From the human T2T-CHM13v2.0 reference genome, Homo sapiens: a stretch of DNA of 64,000 nucleotides. Under the pieces are notes generated by a model. The model was not told where the DNA came from and did not search any database. It saw nothing but the letters and a program-made list of their open reading frames with translations. Both the position numbers and the translations under genes were made by a program. This document shows, piece by piece, positions 1 through 13,515 of this stretch (the first letter of the stretch is position 1; every line of letters starts with the position of its first letter). The stretch lies in assembly GCF_009914755.1 (NCBI RefSeq), contig NC_060925.1, one strand, 5' to 3'.

Positions 1-639
1 TCTCCGTAGCTCCTCACGTATAAATGGAAAGTTGTTGCACAGAGGAACAGGGCCCTTTCTAACCAAGCTAGCAGGGACAGGAATGGCACTAGAACCCAGT
101 ATATTTCTGCACAGACTCAGGATTTTTAATAGTCTGCAATACGGCAAGCTGTAAGCAAGGAAATATTCCAATAAAAAAATAAAATACAGACTAAGAAGAA
201 AGCCACAGTCAATATTTGATTATAGAATTCAATGAATGATTGGGGTAATATAAACAGGGGATGACCCCCAAATTCTTGATGTTGGCCTGAAAGTATTGTT
301 TTTATTTATATTTAAGTACAATTGTGTGGTCTGTATTCTGGAAATTTCCTTGAAACTAAATATTGGTGCCAAATGAAGTCCACAGAGAATTTTATAAGCT
401 CTATATTTTACCTATTTCCACCATTTTCCAATTCTCCTCAACACGAATAGCTGACTTCTTTCACTGCTCCCAAAACATTGTTGGGACAAAGATGGTCTAT
501 GGGTTAATGGATTTCCCTGCTCAGGCTTTGTACTTTCTAGCTGGCAATTATAGCTCCTTACATACTATTGATTAAAGAAAAATTCCATCTCTGGTGTTGC
601 ATCCACCTTTGGAAAAGTGAAACTAGAATTCATTGACCA

Positions 640-900
640 GTTTGTTCATTTATTTGTTCATTCATTCATTCATGCATTCACATTACAGATTCCACATTTA
701 CTGAGCACCCATTATGGGCCAGACACTACAGGGATAAGCTGGGAAATAAGGGAGACCACGGTTCCTGTCCTCATGGATCTTACATCACTGTGGAAGGGCC
801 AGATACTGGAAAGTATTAACAAGTCTGGTGAGTACTGGGCAGGCTTCAAAAGGGACCTACAGTAGTCAGAGCTGCTCTAGAGAGTCAGGAAAAACTTAGA
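640..900 (-). mobile_element. L2 LINE 3' fragment
   Basis: (TTCA)n tail followed by 'catttactgagcacccattatgggccagacact...gtcctcatggatcttaca', typical of an antisense L2 3' end; boundaries approximate. Confidence 0.65.
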
Positions 901-2686
901 AGAGACACTTTCATTGGGGGCTGGTAGATGAGTAAAAATTAGGCTGATGAAAAAACAGTAGGTGGAAAACCCCCAGGGGCACAAAACAGCAACACTGAGA
1001 ATTCAACGAACTGATGGAAAGTCAAGAGTGTCCCAACTATAGAAGGAGAGCTGCAGTGAGGAATGAATGAATGAATGACCCTACTTGCTAGATTAGTGGA
1101 ATCAACCCCAGTGATGAATGGGGCAACACGGGCAGAGCCCACTCTTATCTACCCACTGGGGCACTAGGTCCAAGTGAGGGGAGAACCCCCAGAGTCAGGG
1201 TCGGCAAAGCTTTTCGAGGGCAGCATCTGCACCTTGAGGGCAATTGTACTTTCTATACTTGGCTCCAAACCAGGCACACAGTCAGCACCTAAAAAATGTG
1301 GATGCTTTTAGAAAAGACAGAGTCACAAGCACATAATTAGAGAAAGCCTCTTTTGGTCAGAGGGAGAGCCTCATTTCTGAAGCAGGAATTTCTGCCACAG
1401 ATAAGCCACAATGGGGGATGAGTGTACTCTGTGATTCTTTGGCTAACTGAACCATTTGCATGGACACTGCTAATTTTGGGAAAGATGACTGAACAGCTTT
1501 ATGGGTCAAATTTGAGACTGAGTTGTAGAGCCAGATTTGAATCCAAGACTGGATGACTCTGTTCCATCTAATCATCAGGCTCATTCATTTCCAGATAAAA
1601 TGATTTTTTTTCTGCTTACTCTGCTTTCCTGAGCAAACTGTACTTTTCAGTTGCAAAATATTACATTTACCTCAAAGCCCAGGGAAAATAAAGGTAGGTG
1701 ATACAAATGACCCTTTTTTGTGACTGTGGATGTGAATTTGGTCTCTGTCCTAAGAAATGATGTGCAGGAACTGGGGAGAAAGGAGGAGGCCATGGTGAAG
1801 CTCACCACCCAGGCTGCATGTCTTCAATAAGCTACACCATGAAAAAGCTACATCCCTACCAGACAAGCAATTCCTCCCCTGGTATCCAAGGTCTCAGTGA
1901 TTTCATCAAGCTGGCCACTTTCTTCTTCATCCACATGGGATACCTATACTAAACTACTCTGGGCATCTTATGGGGAATAAAATCAGTTGGGGGAAAGAGA
2001 GCCTATTATGTTACCTAGGAAAAGAGATCTGGCAAGTATGAGATGCTTTCCAAATTCCTCTTGGGCACTAAAGTACTACTTGCAACACTTATTAATGCAA
2101 CGGATCAGTTTATCCTGCTAACACCATGAGGATAAATTGCAAAACAGCATATGGAAATGGCAGGAGTCTCAAACTCAGGGCATGGTGACACTGTGTCTCT
2201 GCTAGTAATCAAGGTTTACGTGCTCACTGTCTGTGTTTTTCTTGAACAGAGCTGTGGAGCACGGGTCAGCCAGACAGATTATCATTTTCTGTAAGTAACA
2301 AGTTTATCTACCTCTTAGGAAAGGAATGGGGGGAGAGGACGGGAGAAAGAGAGAGGGGGGCAGACAGGGGGCCTGTGCATGCTCATGAGTACATCAGTCG
2401 GTATTTGTTCTGTAGAAATTCAATTTATTCAACAAAAATTCTGGTCTTTTTAGCCTTCAGCTAGATTGTGTCTGATACGCAGAGGTCACATGTGTTTGGA
2501 AGCCACTGAAAACCTCCTCCTCTTGCCTTCTCTGATTTCTGTCTCTAGAATTATCGCTGCCTTTCTTTTCTCTGGGCCACTCCCTTCCCCATTATCAGCT
2601 CTCCTCTCATGCTTTCTGGTAGTTCTCACTGTCATGCCAATGACAGACCATCTGATTAGACTGTTTTAAACATTCTAATTTTAAAC

Positions 2687-2687
<1 letters not shown>

Positions 2688-2728
<41 letters not shown>
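2688..2728. repeat. (TG)n microsatellite
   Basis: About 20 uninterrupted TG units. Confidence 0.97.
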
Positions 2729-2730
<2 letters not shown>

Positions 2731-2854
2731 GCGGTATACGTATTCCCAAAAGGCTGTTCGATGAAATTTGATTTATGTCCTCTTTCTGGGCTTACTCTCA
2801 AATATATATGAAAGAGTGCTGACTTTGTACCTAGAGGGTTTACAACTGAGCCAA

Positions 2855-3110
2855 CTCATTCATTCATTCACTCATTCATTTATTCATTCTCTTCAAGGAA
2901 TATTTATTGAGAACCCACAATCAGCCAAGCACTCTTCTAGATGCTGGGTACCGCTCTAGATGAGTGTTACCTCAATTAATCCTCACAGTAAGGTAAACAT
3001 TATTACTCTCATTTTACAGATGACAAAATTGCATCTCACAGAACTTAAATATAATAATTGGCCTAAGCCACATAGCTAGTACACTGCAAAACTGCTCTGT
3101 ATCTAACTTG
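2855..3110 (-). mobile_element. L2 3' end followed by MIR fragment
   Basis: (TTCA)n plus 'tatttattgagaaccc'; MIR core 'ctcattttacagatgacaaaattg'. Confidence 0.6.
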
Positions 3111-3771
3111 GATCTTTTTAAGATGCTCTCAACTGCTAGCAGATAGGGATTCTCTTGGTAATCAGATTTTGTAAATTACCATGCCTAATTCTTTATGCCA
3201 CAATAGACTCCAAAAACAGACTTATTAATGATGACAGACTATGGGCAAGATTCTGATCACTTTGAGAAAAAGACAGAAAAAAAATTTTTTTATTCCACAA
3301 CTTCTCAGTTAGCATGGAATTCTGACATTCCATTTGTTTATCCACTTTGGGGGTGTCATGATAATGGGGAACATAGTCCATCAACATATCTGTAAGCTAG
3401 GACTTCATTAATATTTGTTACAATGAACAGATAAAGTTGTCTATCGCTAACATATAGCTTCTTTACAAACAGTAGCTCTAATCACAGTTAAGGGTGCAGA
3501 CATGATCTGCAGGGTTTGGGTGGACGAAGGGAGAGGGCATGAGGGACGACGTCGAAGTTCAAAGACAACGAAGTCTCCTCGGGATTTTATGCTGGCTCAG
3601 CTCGGTCATCTCAGTGGCTGCTGCCATCCAGTACCATAATGATGACAAAATATGCTCTCCTAAGTTATAAAACACTGTGCTGAAAGTAAGAATCTCTGAT
3701 AAAGCCTTGAGTTTCAGAAGACTTGCCTCCTGCCCCTTACTGCATTTCTAGTTAGAAATATCTTCCATATA

Positions 3772-4138
<367 letters not shown>

Positions 4139-4579
4139 CTAATTTGACCATGCTTTCCAGAGCATGGCGGGGCAGGAATGAAAACCGTTGTAGCCACTTC
4201 CTCCCTACTGCCAAGGCTCCGGCTTGCTTCGTCTCTCAAATCTCCACCTGTCACTCTGTAATGAATGCCACCCAGAGGTCCACATCTCATTTTACCCATC
4301 AGTAGCACACACTACTGTTTACCATCACTTTCTTCAAAACAGGCCCCTCTTGGTCTCTCAATCCCTGCCCTCCCCTGCTCTGCCCAGTGCCCCCCCAACT
4401 GCCCTCACCTCTATGCTGTACCCGCCACACCTCTCAAACCTTGCCCTCCCATCCATATAGCTATTTTCTGCAGGGACCAACCATATTAGCTTAGGCTAAC
4501 GTGCAAATCCCTGACCATGGCCCACAGCCCCACATGACCTGGTTCATGCTTTCCTCTCTTTTATAAAGAGTTTTATCTC

Positions 4580-5780
4580 CACAAATGCTTCATCTGCCCT
4601 AAAGTCTATATTGTTTGATAATGACAGTTAACCCAGCTTTCCTCTGATTAATGTGGTCTTGATATATCTCTATTTCATCTCATTATTTTTAACCCCTTGG
4701 TGCAGTTTTCTTCTTAAGCAGCATGCAACTGGGCTTAAAAAAAACCAAACAAAAAACCTGTCTCTTAATATTTAAATTTCATCTTAATCATTTACATGTA
4801 TGGTGATATATGTGGATTTATACTCTCCTTATCATTTTTACCTAGTATTTTAGTTTCATCTTTCAGTCTCAACACAGGGAAAGCAGTTGTGTTCACATTC
4901 ATTAGTAAATTCTATTTTCTGACATTTCAGCAATTTCTATACTCAACACTGTTCTACGCATTCTACAACTTCTCTCTGGGTTTACTTTTCTTGTAATACA
5001 CATTCTTTTTAAAAAATTATTTTAACAAGATTCCTTGTACCTCTTAAAATATCTTTATTTCATTTTCACTTTTGAGAGACAGTTTAACTATAGACAGAAT
5101 TCTTGACAATTCTTTGCTTTCGCACATTGAAGACATTCCACGTGACCTGACGTCACTGGCTGTTGAGATGTTCTCTCAATCAAATTGAAATCAGGTTGTA
5201 AGATTCTCTGCCAGCGATGTTCTGAAGATTCACTAGTGTGTGTGTATTTACATTTCTTTGTATTGATACTACTCAGTACTTGGGGGTATGCTTTGAATTT
5301 GAGGGTTCATGCCTTTTAAAAACTCTGTCAAATTGAAAATTTGCTGGTCATTCGTTCTACTCTTTCTTAAAGAACTTCTTATTAGAAACTTATTGGATAG
5401 TCTCAAAATATCCCTCCTGCCTCAGCTGCTTTTGCATAATTTTAAAAAATGTCTTTTTCCTCTGAGCTGCATTCTGGGTAAATTCCTCACCACTATCTCT
5501 TAATTCAATGTATCTTTGTGGGTTTTTTTATTTCAATGACTATAGTTTTCATTTCTGAGATTTCTGATTGGTTCTGTTCCTATTCTCCTGTTCTTGTTTC
5601 ACATATGTTTGTCCCCCAATCCCAGTGGATATTATCCATTTTTTTCTCTTTAAGGATTTGGAATAAATTGAAAACTTTTATTCTATAATTTTATTTCCAT
5701 ATGGAGTGAATTTCTGATTGTGAATCTCAGTGGTTCTCTTTTTGATGCTCTATTTCTTTATGTGTTTTGGCATTTAGGTG
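4580..5780 (-). mobile_element. Ancient L1M/HAL1-like fragment
   Basis: T-rich degenerate antisense L1-like motifs such as 'ttcacttttgagagacagtttaactatagacagaattctt'; boundaries uncertain. Confidence 0.5.
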
Positions 5781-6547
5781 TGCATGTTCATTTCAGTGGC
5801 AGGTTCTCTCCCATCTGTCTCTGTCCCTGTCTCCATTTGCATCCTACCCCCACAAGTGCCTACGCCCTCATCTTGAACAGGATCTTAAATGCTAGCTCAA
5901 GGATCCTATCCCCAGTGATAGGGACATTGCAAATCCAGTCACTGAACCAGCAGGTGGCTTGGCTCAGGCCCTGGTCAGGATCCTGTGTCTGGGATCTTAT
6001 ACCTCCATAGACTCACAAGCTTCATGTCGACCATCATTCCAGGCATAGGTCAGCAGTTACTTTTATCAGCCTCCCATCATAGTGAGGATGTCCTCTCTCA
6101 TTTATCAACATCCCCGGTTTTCAGTAGTGAGCCTGACTCCACTTCCCATTTCACAGAGTACATATCTAGTCCCTGTTACATTCCAGGAGCCAAATTCCCA
6201 GCCATTTTGCCTCCTTTATCCGAGAGCCAGGTAGCCAGTGGCTTCAGCTCCATCACTTCTTTGCATTTCTCTTCTTTTTCAGATTCACTCGCTTTGAGCC
6301 TAGCTATATCTTTTTAATTTCCCATTGTTATATTTTGTCTCTTGTGGCCTAAAGCATGATCTAACCATGCCAGCTCACCAAGGAGTTCCCTGACTTTCTC
6401 TACAACCTCACCTCATGCCACGGGCCCATGCGCTCCAGTCACCTCCTTTGCTATCTCTTCAGTTCTCTGGTCAATCAAGATTTCTCCCACCTCAAGACCA
6501 GACACATGCATGAAGAGAAAGAGCCAAGCACTGAACGCTCTTGTCCC

Positions 6548-6652
6548 CTCTCTCCCTAAATACTATTCTCGGCCTTTTAATTTCAGCTTAAATACAGTCT
6601 CTCTCCCTAAATACTATTCTCAGCCTTTTAATTTCAGCTTAAATACAGTCTC
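6548..6652. repeat. 51-bp tandem duplication (2 copies)
   Basis: ctctctccctaaatactattctc(g/a)gccttttaatttcagcttaaatacagt twice, one mismatch. Confidence 0.95.
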
Positions 6653-7924
6653 AGAAGGCACTTTTCTGATCACTCTATCTTAGTAACCCTATCTCCCAAT
6701 TGTTTATTAATTGGATCCAGTTAGTTGTCTTCAGAGCAAAGTTGCAAACAGTCACAAGATCGCCCAAACCACAGCTTACAGGCCACACTTCTTTTTGGTA
6801 AGATGTACCTACACCACTAACATTGACAGTGGTGCTGCCTACAAATATAAAGGTCAAGGATATGTACAGGTATGGCCCAATGTGAAAGACAGCAGACTTC
6901 TTGGGTTGGGAAGTCTGAGTTTCTTTTCAGGACTCAGATGATGAAATTACCTGGAACTTAAGGTATTATGTCCAATAATCAAATAGTCTCTTGTTTCAAT
7001 ATTTTATCAAAAATAAAATATAATAAAACCTTATTGGGACGAATTGGGATGATGAAACATCCAAATTAATGGAGATTTGGAATTCTAGATTTTTTTTTTA
7101 ATAAAATGGAGACTGATTTCTTGTAACCCTGTACAACAGCACAGAGTAATGGTTTACAGGACACTGCCAAATAGAGACCCTGCCAGGACCTACTTTAATG
7201 AACAGTAAAGAACTGTCTATGATCAACTATCTTTTTAGCGGGGATAGCATGCTGTAAAGGCAGCATGAATGGGCTAGCATTTCCCCTATAATTTCCTACA
7301 TATTTATCATTTTCACAGGAAACAATTTTTTTCCATCTACAGACACTGGAAATGTGAGTATCAGCTCTCTCTCTACAGTACCATAAATTCAAAATCAGTG
7401 AGGCCAGATCAATGAAATTTGATACGCACAAAACTCTTGCATATTCTCATGTGAGTGTGGAGGAGAGCAGAGTGTCATCAAGACTCCACTCCACAGCCAT
7501 AGTCTCCGCATCTGCAGTTAGCTCTTTTAGGACAGCTAGATCACTGCTCCATTCTATTAGCTCCAAACATACTGCAACCACCTGTTGAAGCTGGGAAGGC
7601 TCAGCATTTTTTTCTCTTTCTCCCACTGGCTCTGCAGAAAGCATCACAATTCCAATTAGTCTGTCAAAAACGAAAGGCCATGACTTAAGGTGCAAAACAC
7701 CTATGAAATAATGAATTTGGAAGGACAGGAGGAGACATATCTGTACCGGTTAGTGTACTCAAGAATCAGGCTATAGAGGAAATTGCTTCTTTGGTAGTGT
7801 AAATACAAAGTTTTCAAAAATAGTTACTACAAGGCACTTTCTATTCAAGTACCAAATTGTGAGATACAGAATATGAGGGGATTTGGTGAATGTTTTCCTT
7901 TGAACAGGGCTTTACTTCAGGTCC

Positions 7925-8470
7925 ATACCCAAAGGAATATCAATCATGCTGCTATAAAGACACATGCACACGTATGTTTATTGCAGCAGTACTCACAATA
8001 GCAAAGACTTGGAACCAACCCAAATGTCCAACAATGATAGACTGGATTAAGAAAATGTGGCATATATACACCATGGAATACTATGCAGCCACAAAAAAGG
8101 ATATTTCATGTCCTTTGTAGGGACATGGATGAAGCTGGAAACCATCATTCTCAACAAACTATCACAAGGACAAAAAACCAAACACCACATGTTCTCACTG
8201 ATAGGTGGGAACTGAACAATGAGAACGCTTGGACACAGGAAGGGGAACATCACACACTGGGGCCTGTGGTGGGGTGGGGGGAGGGGGTAGGATAGCATTA
8301 GGAGATATACCTAATGTAAATGACAAGTTAATGGGTGCAGCACACCAACATGGCACATGTATACATATGTAACAAACCTGCACGTTGTGCACATGTACCC
8401 TAGAACTTAAAGTATAATTATATATAGATAGATAGATAGATATAAAGAAAAGAAAAGAAAAGAAAAAGAA
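7925..8470 (+). mobile_element. 5'-truncated L1PA (L1PA5-like) 3' end with microsatellite-converted tail
   Basis: ORF2 C-terminus ([21 protein letters not shown]...), 3'UTR G-tract, 'atgtaaatgacaagttaatggg', tail (GATA)n/(GAAAA)n. Confidence 0.93.
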
Positions 8471-9120
8471 ACGGCCAACTCTAAGGAGATTTCAGGTCCA
8501 CTGCAGACGCCCCCTACTGGCCGGTTTTCAAAGCTATGCCAAGACATGTCCTCTCAATTGCTTCCGGGTTCCAAAAAAAAAAAAAAAAAAAAGGTGGATC
8601 AAGACACCAGCGAGGCTCATTGCTTGTGGTCTGCTTCTTATGTGTTCTAGGGAATTTTATTTTCAAAAGCTACAAAGCTTTTCACAATATGGGTTTGAGG
8701 ATGCTCAGTACGTGAGAATTTTGGGTTGAGGTACAGAAACCAGATAAAGCCTTGTTCATTTGCTCATTCGGCATCAACGTCCAGTGTGTCCCAATGTAAA
8801 TGAATCACTGTCTAGAAAGTAGAAACATTCTTATTTTTTTTTTAAAAATATGCAACTCTTGGCTATTACTGGCTATTTCATATTCCAGGAAAGCACAGAG
8901 GATTCTGCACTGAGCTGCTGCAGGCGAGCTCACTCCTACCCAGCTCCTTAGCCTGGCCTGCGCCATCACCCAGTAGTGCCTGTGTCGAGCTGGTCTGCAG
9001 TCCCTGAGCCCCTTCCCTACCCTCAAAAGAGGAAGCAATTTCCAGTGGGAGCCAGAGCGGCCCCGGCCCATGGGGAAGGGCAGACTGAGAAGCCTTCTGA
9101 GGGAAGGATCTTGACCTGTC

Positions 9121-9686
9121 AACACACACACGCACACACACACACACCACACATACACACACACACATACACACACAAACACACACACATACACACCACA
9201 CACACATACCCACACACACACATACATACACACCACACACCCCCACACACATACACACACACAAAAATACACATACACACAAACACACAAATACACACAT
9301 ACACACAAAAATACACATACACACAAACACACAAATACACACACAGAAATACACATACATACACACACACACACCCACATACCCACACACATACCCACAC
9401 ACCCACAAACACACATACACACACACACAAATACACACACATACATAACACACCCACACACATACACACACACAATACACATACACACAAACACACACAT
9501 ACACATACAAAAATACACACATACACACACACAAATACACACATACACACACATACCCACACACACATACACACACATACTCACACACATACACACACAT
9601 ACACACCCCCACACACATACACACACATAAAAATATGCACACACATACACACACATACACAACACACCACACACACACACACACAC
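9121..9686. repeat. Degenerate (CA)n/(CATA) low-complexity tract, ~565 bp
   Basis: Almost exclusively C/A with interspersed T; source of the long HT/VC ORFs. Confidence 0.97.
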
Positions 9687-10941
9687 CTTGAGCCTTCCCC
9701 ATGCTTAAGAGCCACCCAGCTTCTTAATCTGCCCACCCCAGAACCAGGAAGAAAGAGGGAAATTTCAAGAGCCTTGGGCTCCATTCTTTGTGATGCCCAG
9801 ATGTGTTTTCTCAGGCTGGGCTTGTACTGGACGAGGCTGAACAGGAGCGGGGCAGCTACCCCTCCGCTACCACTGCTGGCTTTTCCTGTGCCTCCTGTTG
9901 CTCCCTTATTAGATGACCACTCAAAGCTTAATTCCTCTCTTATGTTGTTTGAATCTCTTCAGATCACCCTTCTGGCCTTCACTACCTATTTTCTTCTTCC
10001 TCCCACTTTCTCTCATTCTTTTCCCCCTAGAACACCATCAACCCCTCAGCCCAGCCTTGCTCAGGCCCCTCAGACCATGCCTTAGTGTTCCCGGCAGGCC
10101 CTGCTTCCAACTGGACTCACTGCAGCCTGATGATGTCCTTGTTACTTTTTCACACAGCAAATATCCATCCAACAGGCACTCTTCTCTTTTCACTCCTGTC
10201 TGCACCCTCGATACTCTTCACAGAACAAGCTCTAGCCCTCTCCATAGCAGAGAACCTGCCTACTCCTCTGAGAGATGATAAATGCTCCCAGAGAGGAATC
10301 AGAGCTATAGGTGACAGCTCCTTATTCCTATTAGGTACAGAGAGGTTGAAGGGAGAGGGCTGGGCATCCAGCCTTCCCTGGTCCTCCTACACAGCTGTGC
10401 AAGGAGCACAGCAACAAGAGCAACATCACAGAGAGAGAGGGGCCGAGGGGAGGGGTTGCAGCAGCTCAGCAGGAAGGTCTGCCATGTCCCACCATGTCTG
10501 ATGCACTCAGTTCTCTCAATTCTGATTCCTACACTCAGCCCTGCTCTCAACTGTGTAGGACCCCAAAAACTGGGTTCTCTAAAGGGTCTGAAAACAGCCA
10601 ATCCACCACAATCACCAGCAAGTGCTGTTATAGTCCCTCCTGCCTACCTTCTACTCTAAGAGTCCCTCTCTTCTCCTTTCCAATTAAATGAACACTAAAT
10701 GGACTCGAATGCGTGAAGTCTGAGATATCATGACAAGAAGTAAATTTAGTTACTCTGAAGCAAGCTAGGCAATGTGTGAGTTTATGCAAACAAACATTTT
10801 TATGTTTTATTATAAAGTGTAACGAATGTTAGTCATGTGAGTAAACTGGGTACAGCACATTGTTCTCTTTGTATTTTGGCTGCTGACGCTGGTAGAGGAG
10901 GCATCTGTCTGCCCTGGATTAACTTCTCTGTGGTATCTGCT

Positions 10942-11157
10942 AATGAATCAGTGAGGCAGAGAAGCTTCCTGCAGGATCTCCCGACCTCGGCACACCTGTC
11001 CACCTGTCCATCTGCCCACCTCATGCTGCAGCGCTGGAATTCACACCAATGAACCAGTAAGGCAGAGAAGCTTCCTGCAGGATCTCCCGACCTAGGCACA
11101 CCTGTCCACCTGTCCATCTGCCCACCTCATGCTGCAGCACTGGAATTCACACCAATG
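10942..11157. repeat. 106-bp tandem duplication (2 copies)
   Basis: Units start at 10942 and 11048; four mismatches seen; AATG at the junctions. Confidence 0.95.
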
Positions 11158-11429
11158 TGCAAACAGTTGGCATCACTTTGAAGCCACTCCAAGGTGGCAT
11201 CTGCACTTAATAACAAACACCCTGCAAAAACCGCTGTGCAGCCGTGGGCCTAAGGTATGTGCCCACTTCATCAGCCTCATTCTGGGCCACTTGTCCTGTC
11301 CCGCTTCCTTCATCTCCCCATGCCTGTCACCACCCTAGCTGTTGTGCAGGTTCTTGAGTGTGGTATTTTCCCTCCTGCTACCGGGTCAGGGAGAGCTCTT
11401 CTCTGAGGCTGGCCAGCCCCTCCGGTAGT

Positions 11430-11725
11430 TCACTTTACTCTCACAACTGGGCTCCCTTCCCATCACCTCCTGTTTCTACCTAAAAGCAGGTCCTTCCATC
11501 GGAAGCTCTTCTAACAGTGTATCTTTCCTTCCTAGCTCTTCATGCAGTTCATAACTATACACTATATTTTGGTAATGATGTCATTGTCTCTCATGCTAGA
11601 GTGTAAACTGTCTAGTGATAGGGTTATATATGCTGGGTTTTTTTTTTAAATAATGCTATATCTAATAGTGCTTGGCACATAGGAGGTACTCAATACATAT
11701 TTAAATATTTGTGACATTAATGAAC
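11430..11725 (+). mobile_element. L2 3' fragment
   Basis: 'ctagagtgtaaact...gtgcttggcacataggaggtactcaata'. Confidence 0.65.
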
Positions 11726-12599
11726 AAATGGTATTAAGGATACAGACCAAGAGAGCTCAAGCAGAAAACAGAACACAGCCCTGTCATGCAGATGTCCCTA
11801 CGTAAATAAGCCATTAACTTCTCTAGATCAAGCTGGTTGGGAAAAATGACATCTGTGGATAACAAATGATGAAAACTTTGTTCTTAAAGACTGTTTTGTA
11901 CAAATGCATAAGAAAAGACTAAGTTTTTTTTCCTAAAGCAAGTAGTGGACATCCCAACACCATCCATGGGAGAATGAGAGACATCTGTCACAGGGCCCCA
12001 GGAACTTGGGGAAGGATTCGGGCTGGCTGACAATGACTCTTTTCTTGGCCAGTGTGGCTAAAGAGTAATACCACCTTCCTGATGACAAAGAAACAGAAAC
12101 TAATAGCAGGGCATACTCATGGTTAGTTGGACATAATTGTGTAGAATGAATTTTATACAGTTTTCATTACAGAATGTGGGGTGTAGTAATTCTCTGCAAA
12201 TTCTTTGTTCATTACATAAAATCCTGGGTTGAAACAGCCCTCTAGATACTATTATGCAGGGGGGCCAGAACTGACTACGTCTTATTTGACTTTTAAAGTC
12301 AAGTTTCTGGTGGACAAGCCAAATAAACAGCCCCACTTAAGAGAATTCAATCCTAAAGAAGTTTATTTTTGTCTGGGTGTGCTACGTATTATACTAGAGC
12401 CAATTACAAATGTTTAAACTAGCTAAACTTTTAAAAATGTGTTTGATGCTTTTATATGCAAAAGTGTTTTCAAAAACAATAATAGTGTCAATAAACAGAG
12501 TATCGGATTTGACAAGGTGGATTGTTAAGTGGTTGCAAACTGTTCCCACAAGACGCTGATGAGTGCATCCCTCTGGCCTGGAGGGCATGGAATCAGGCC

Positions 12600-13515
12600 A
12601 TCATTTCTAGCCACGGTAACTAAACTTACTTCTTGTCATAAATATCTCAGACTTCAGGCATTCAAGTCTAAGTCCATGATTTAGATGAAGATATTTAAGA
12701 CATGTTTATCAAACCTGCAGCTGCTACGAAGCTCAGAGGAAGGGATAAGAGCTCTTATAATCTTGGCCATGGTAGTTAATCCAGCAGACTCTCCATTTCT
12801 TCATCTATAAAGTGTGACAATGATTTCGATTTTGTAGGGTTATTGTAAAGAATTAATGAGCCAAGGTATATAAAGTGAACCAGTAAAGTTAGTTATCTTC
12901 TTTTACACAAAGAATAGCAGAATCAGGATTTGTTAAAAAAAAAAAAAAATCACAAAAACTCAAGTTGGAAAAATGGGCTAAAGCTAATAATTGTATCAAT
13001 AAAAAAGGGAAACCCAGCATGTAGCTTTAAAAAAACAAAACAAAACAAAACTCTGTGGAAGGATCTACAAAAACAACGACACATGAATAAAACAAGTAAG
13101 TTGTTTAAAAAAACACCAAAACACCAAAAAAAAAAACCTTTGAGTAATGTCACCAAATCGTGTTCTTCCAAAATATAATAACGCCATTTGTAGACTCTTA
13201 AGACTTGTTATATATAATCAATCAGTCCTACTGATTAAAGGAAGGTTGCATGTTTTACAACCTTAGGGCAGAGATTCCTGGTGGACTGACGTTAGGAATG
13301 CGTAAACAACATTGTCACCAATGTATTCCACTGAGTTCTATTTTATAATTACTTATTTAAAATAATTTGAGTTGCTCTCATAGTAAACCTGCATTTAAGC
13401 AACAAAATTACTGAATACCCACAGAATGGGGAGATTTGACTTGGTAGTGTTCCTGGCGTGGAGTTCTAGAAGTTCTCAGTGGCCACAAGCTCAGCAGGAG
13501 ACAACTGCTGTGAAG
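12600..13515 (+). mobile_element. Interrupted CR1/L3 fragments (with MIR and A-rich inserts)
   Basis: 'atgatttagatgaagatat...tttatcaaacctgcag...aagct' and 'gtggccacaagctcagcaggagacaact' resemble the L3 RT region. Confidence 0.45.

Noticed and set aside
8805-10085. Long ORFs of 274-369 aa rich in HT or VC
   Set aside because: They are translations of the CA/TG tract, which lacks stop codons; no domain content.
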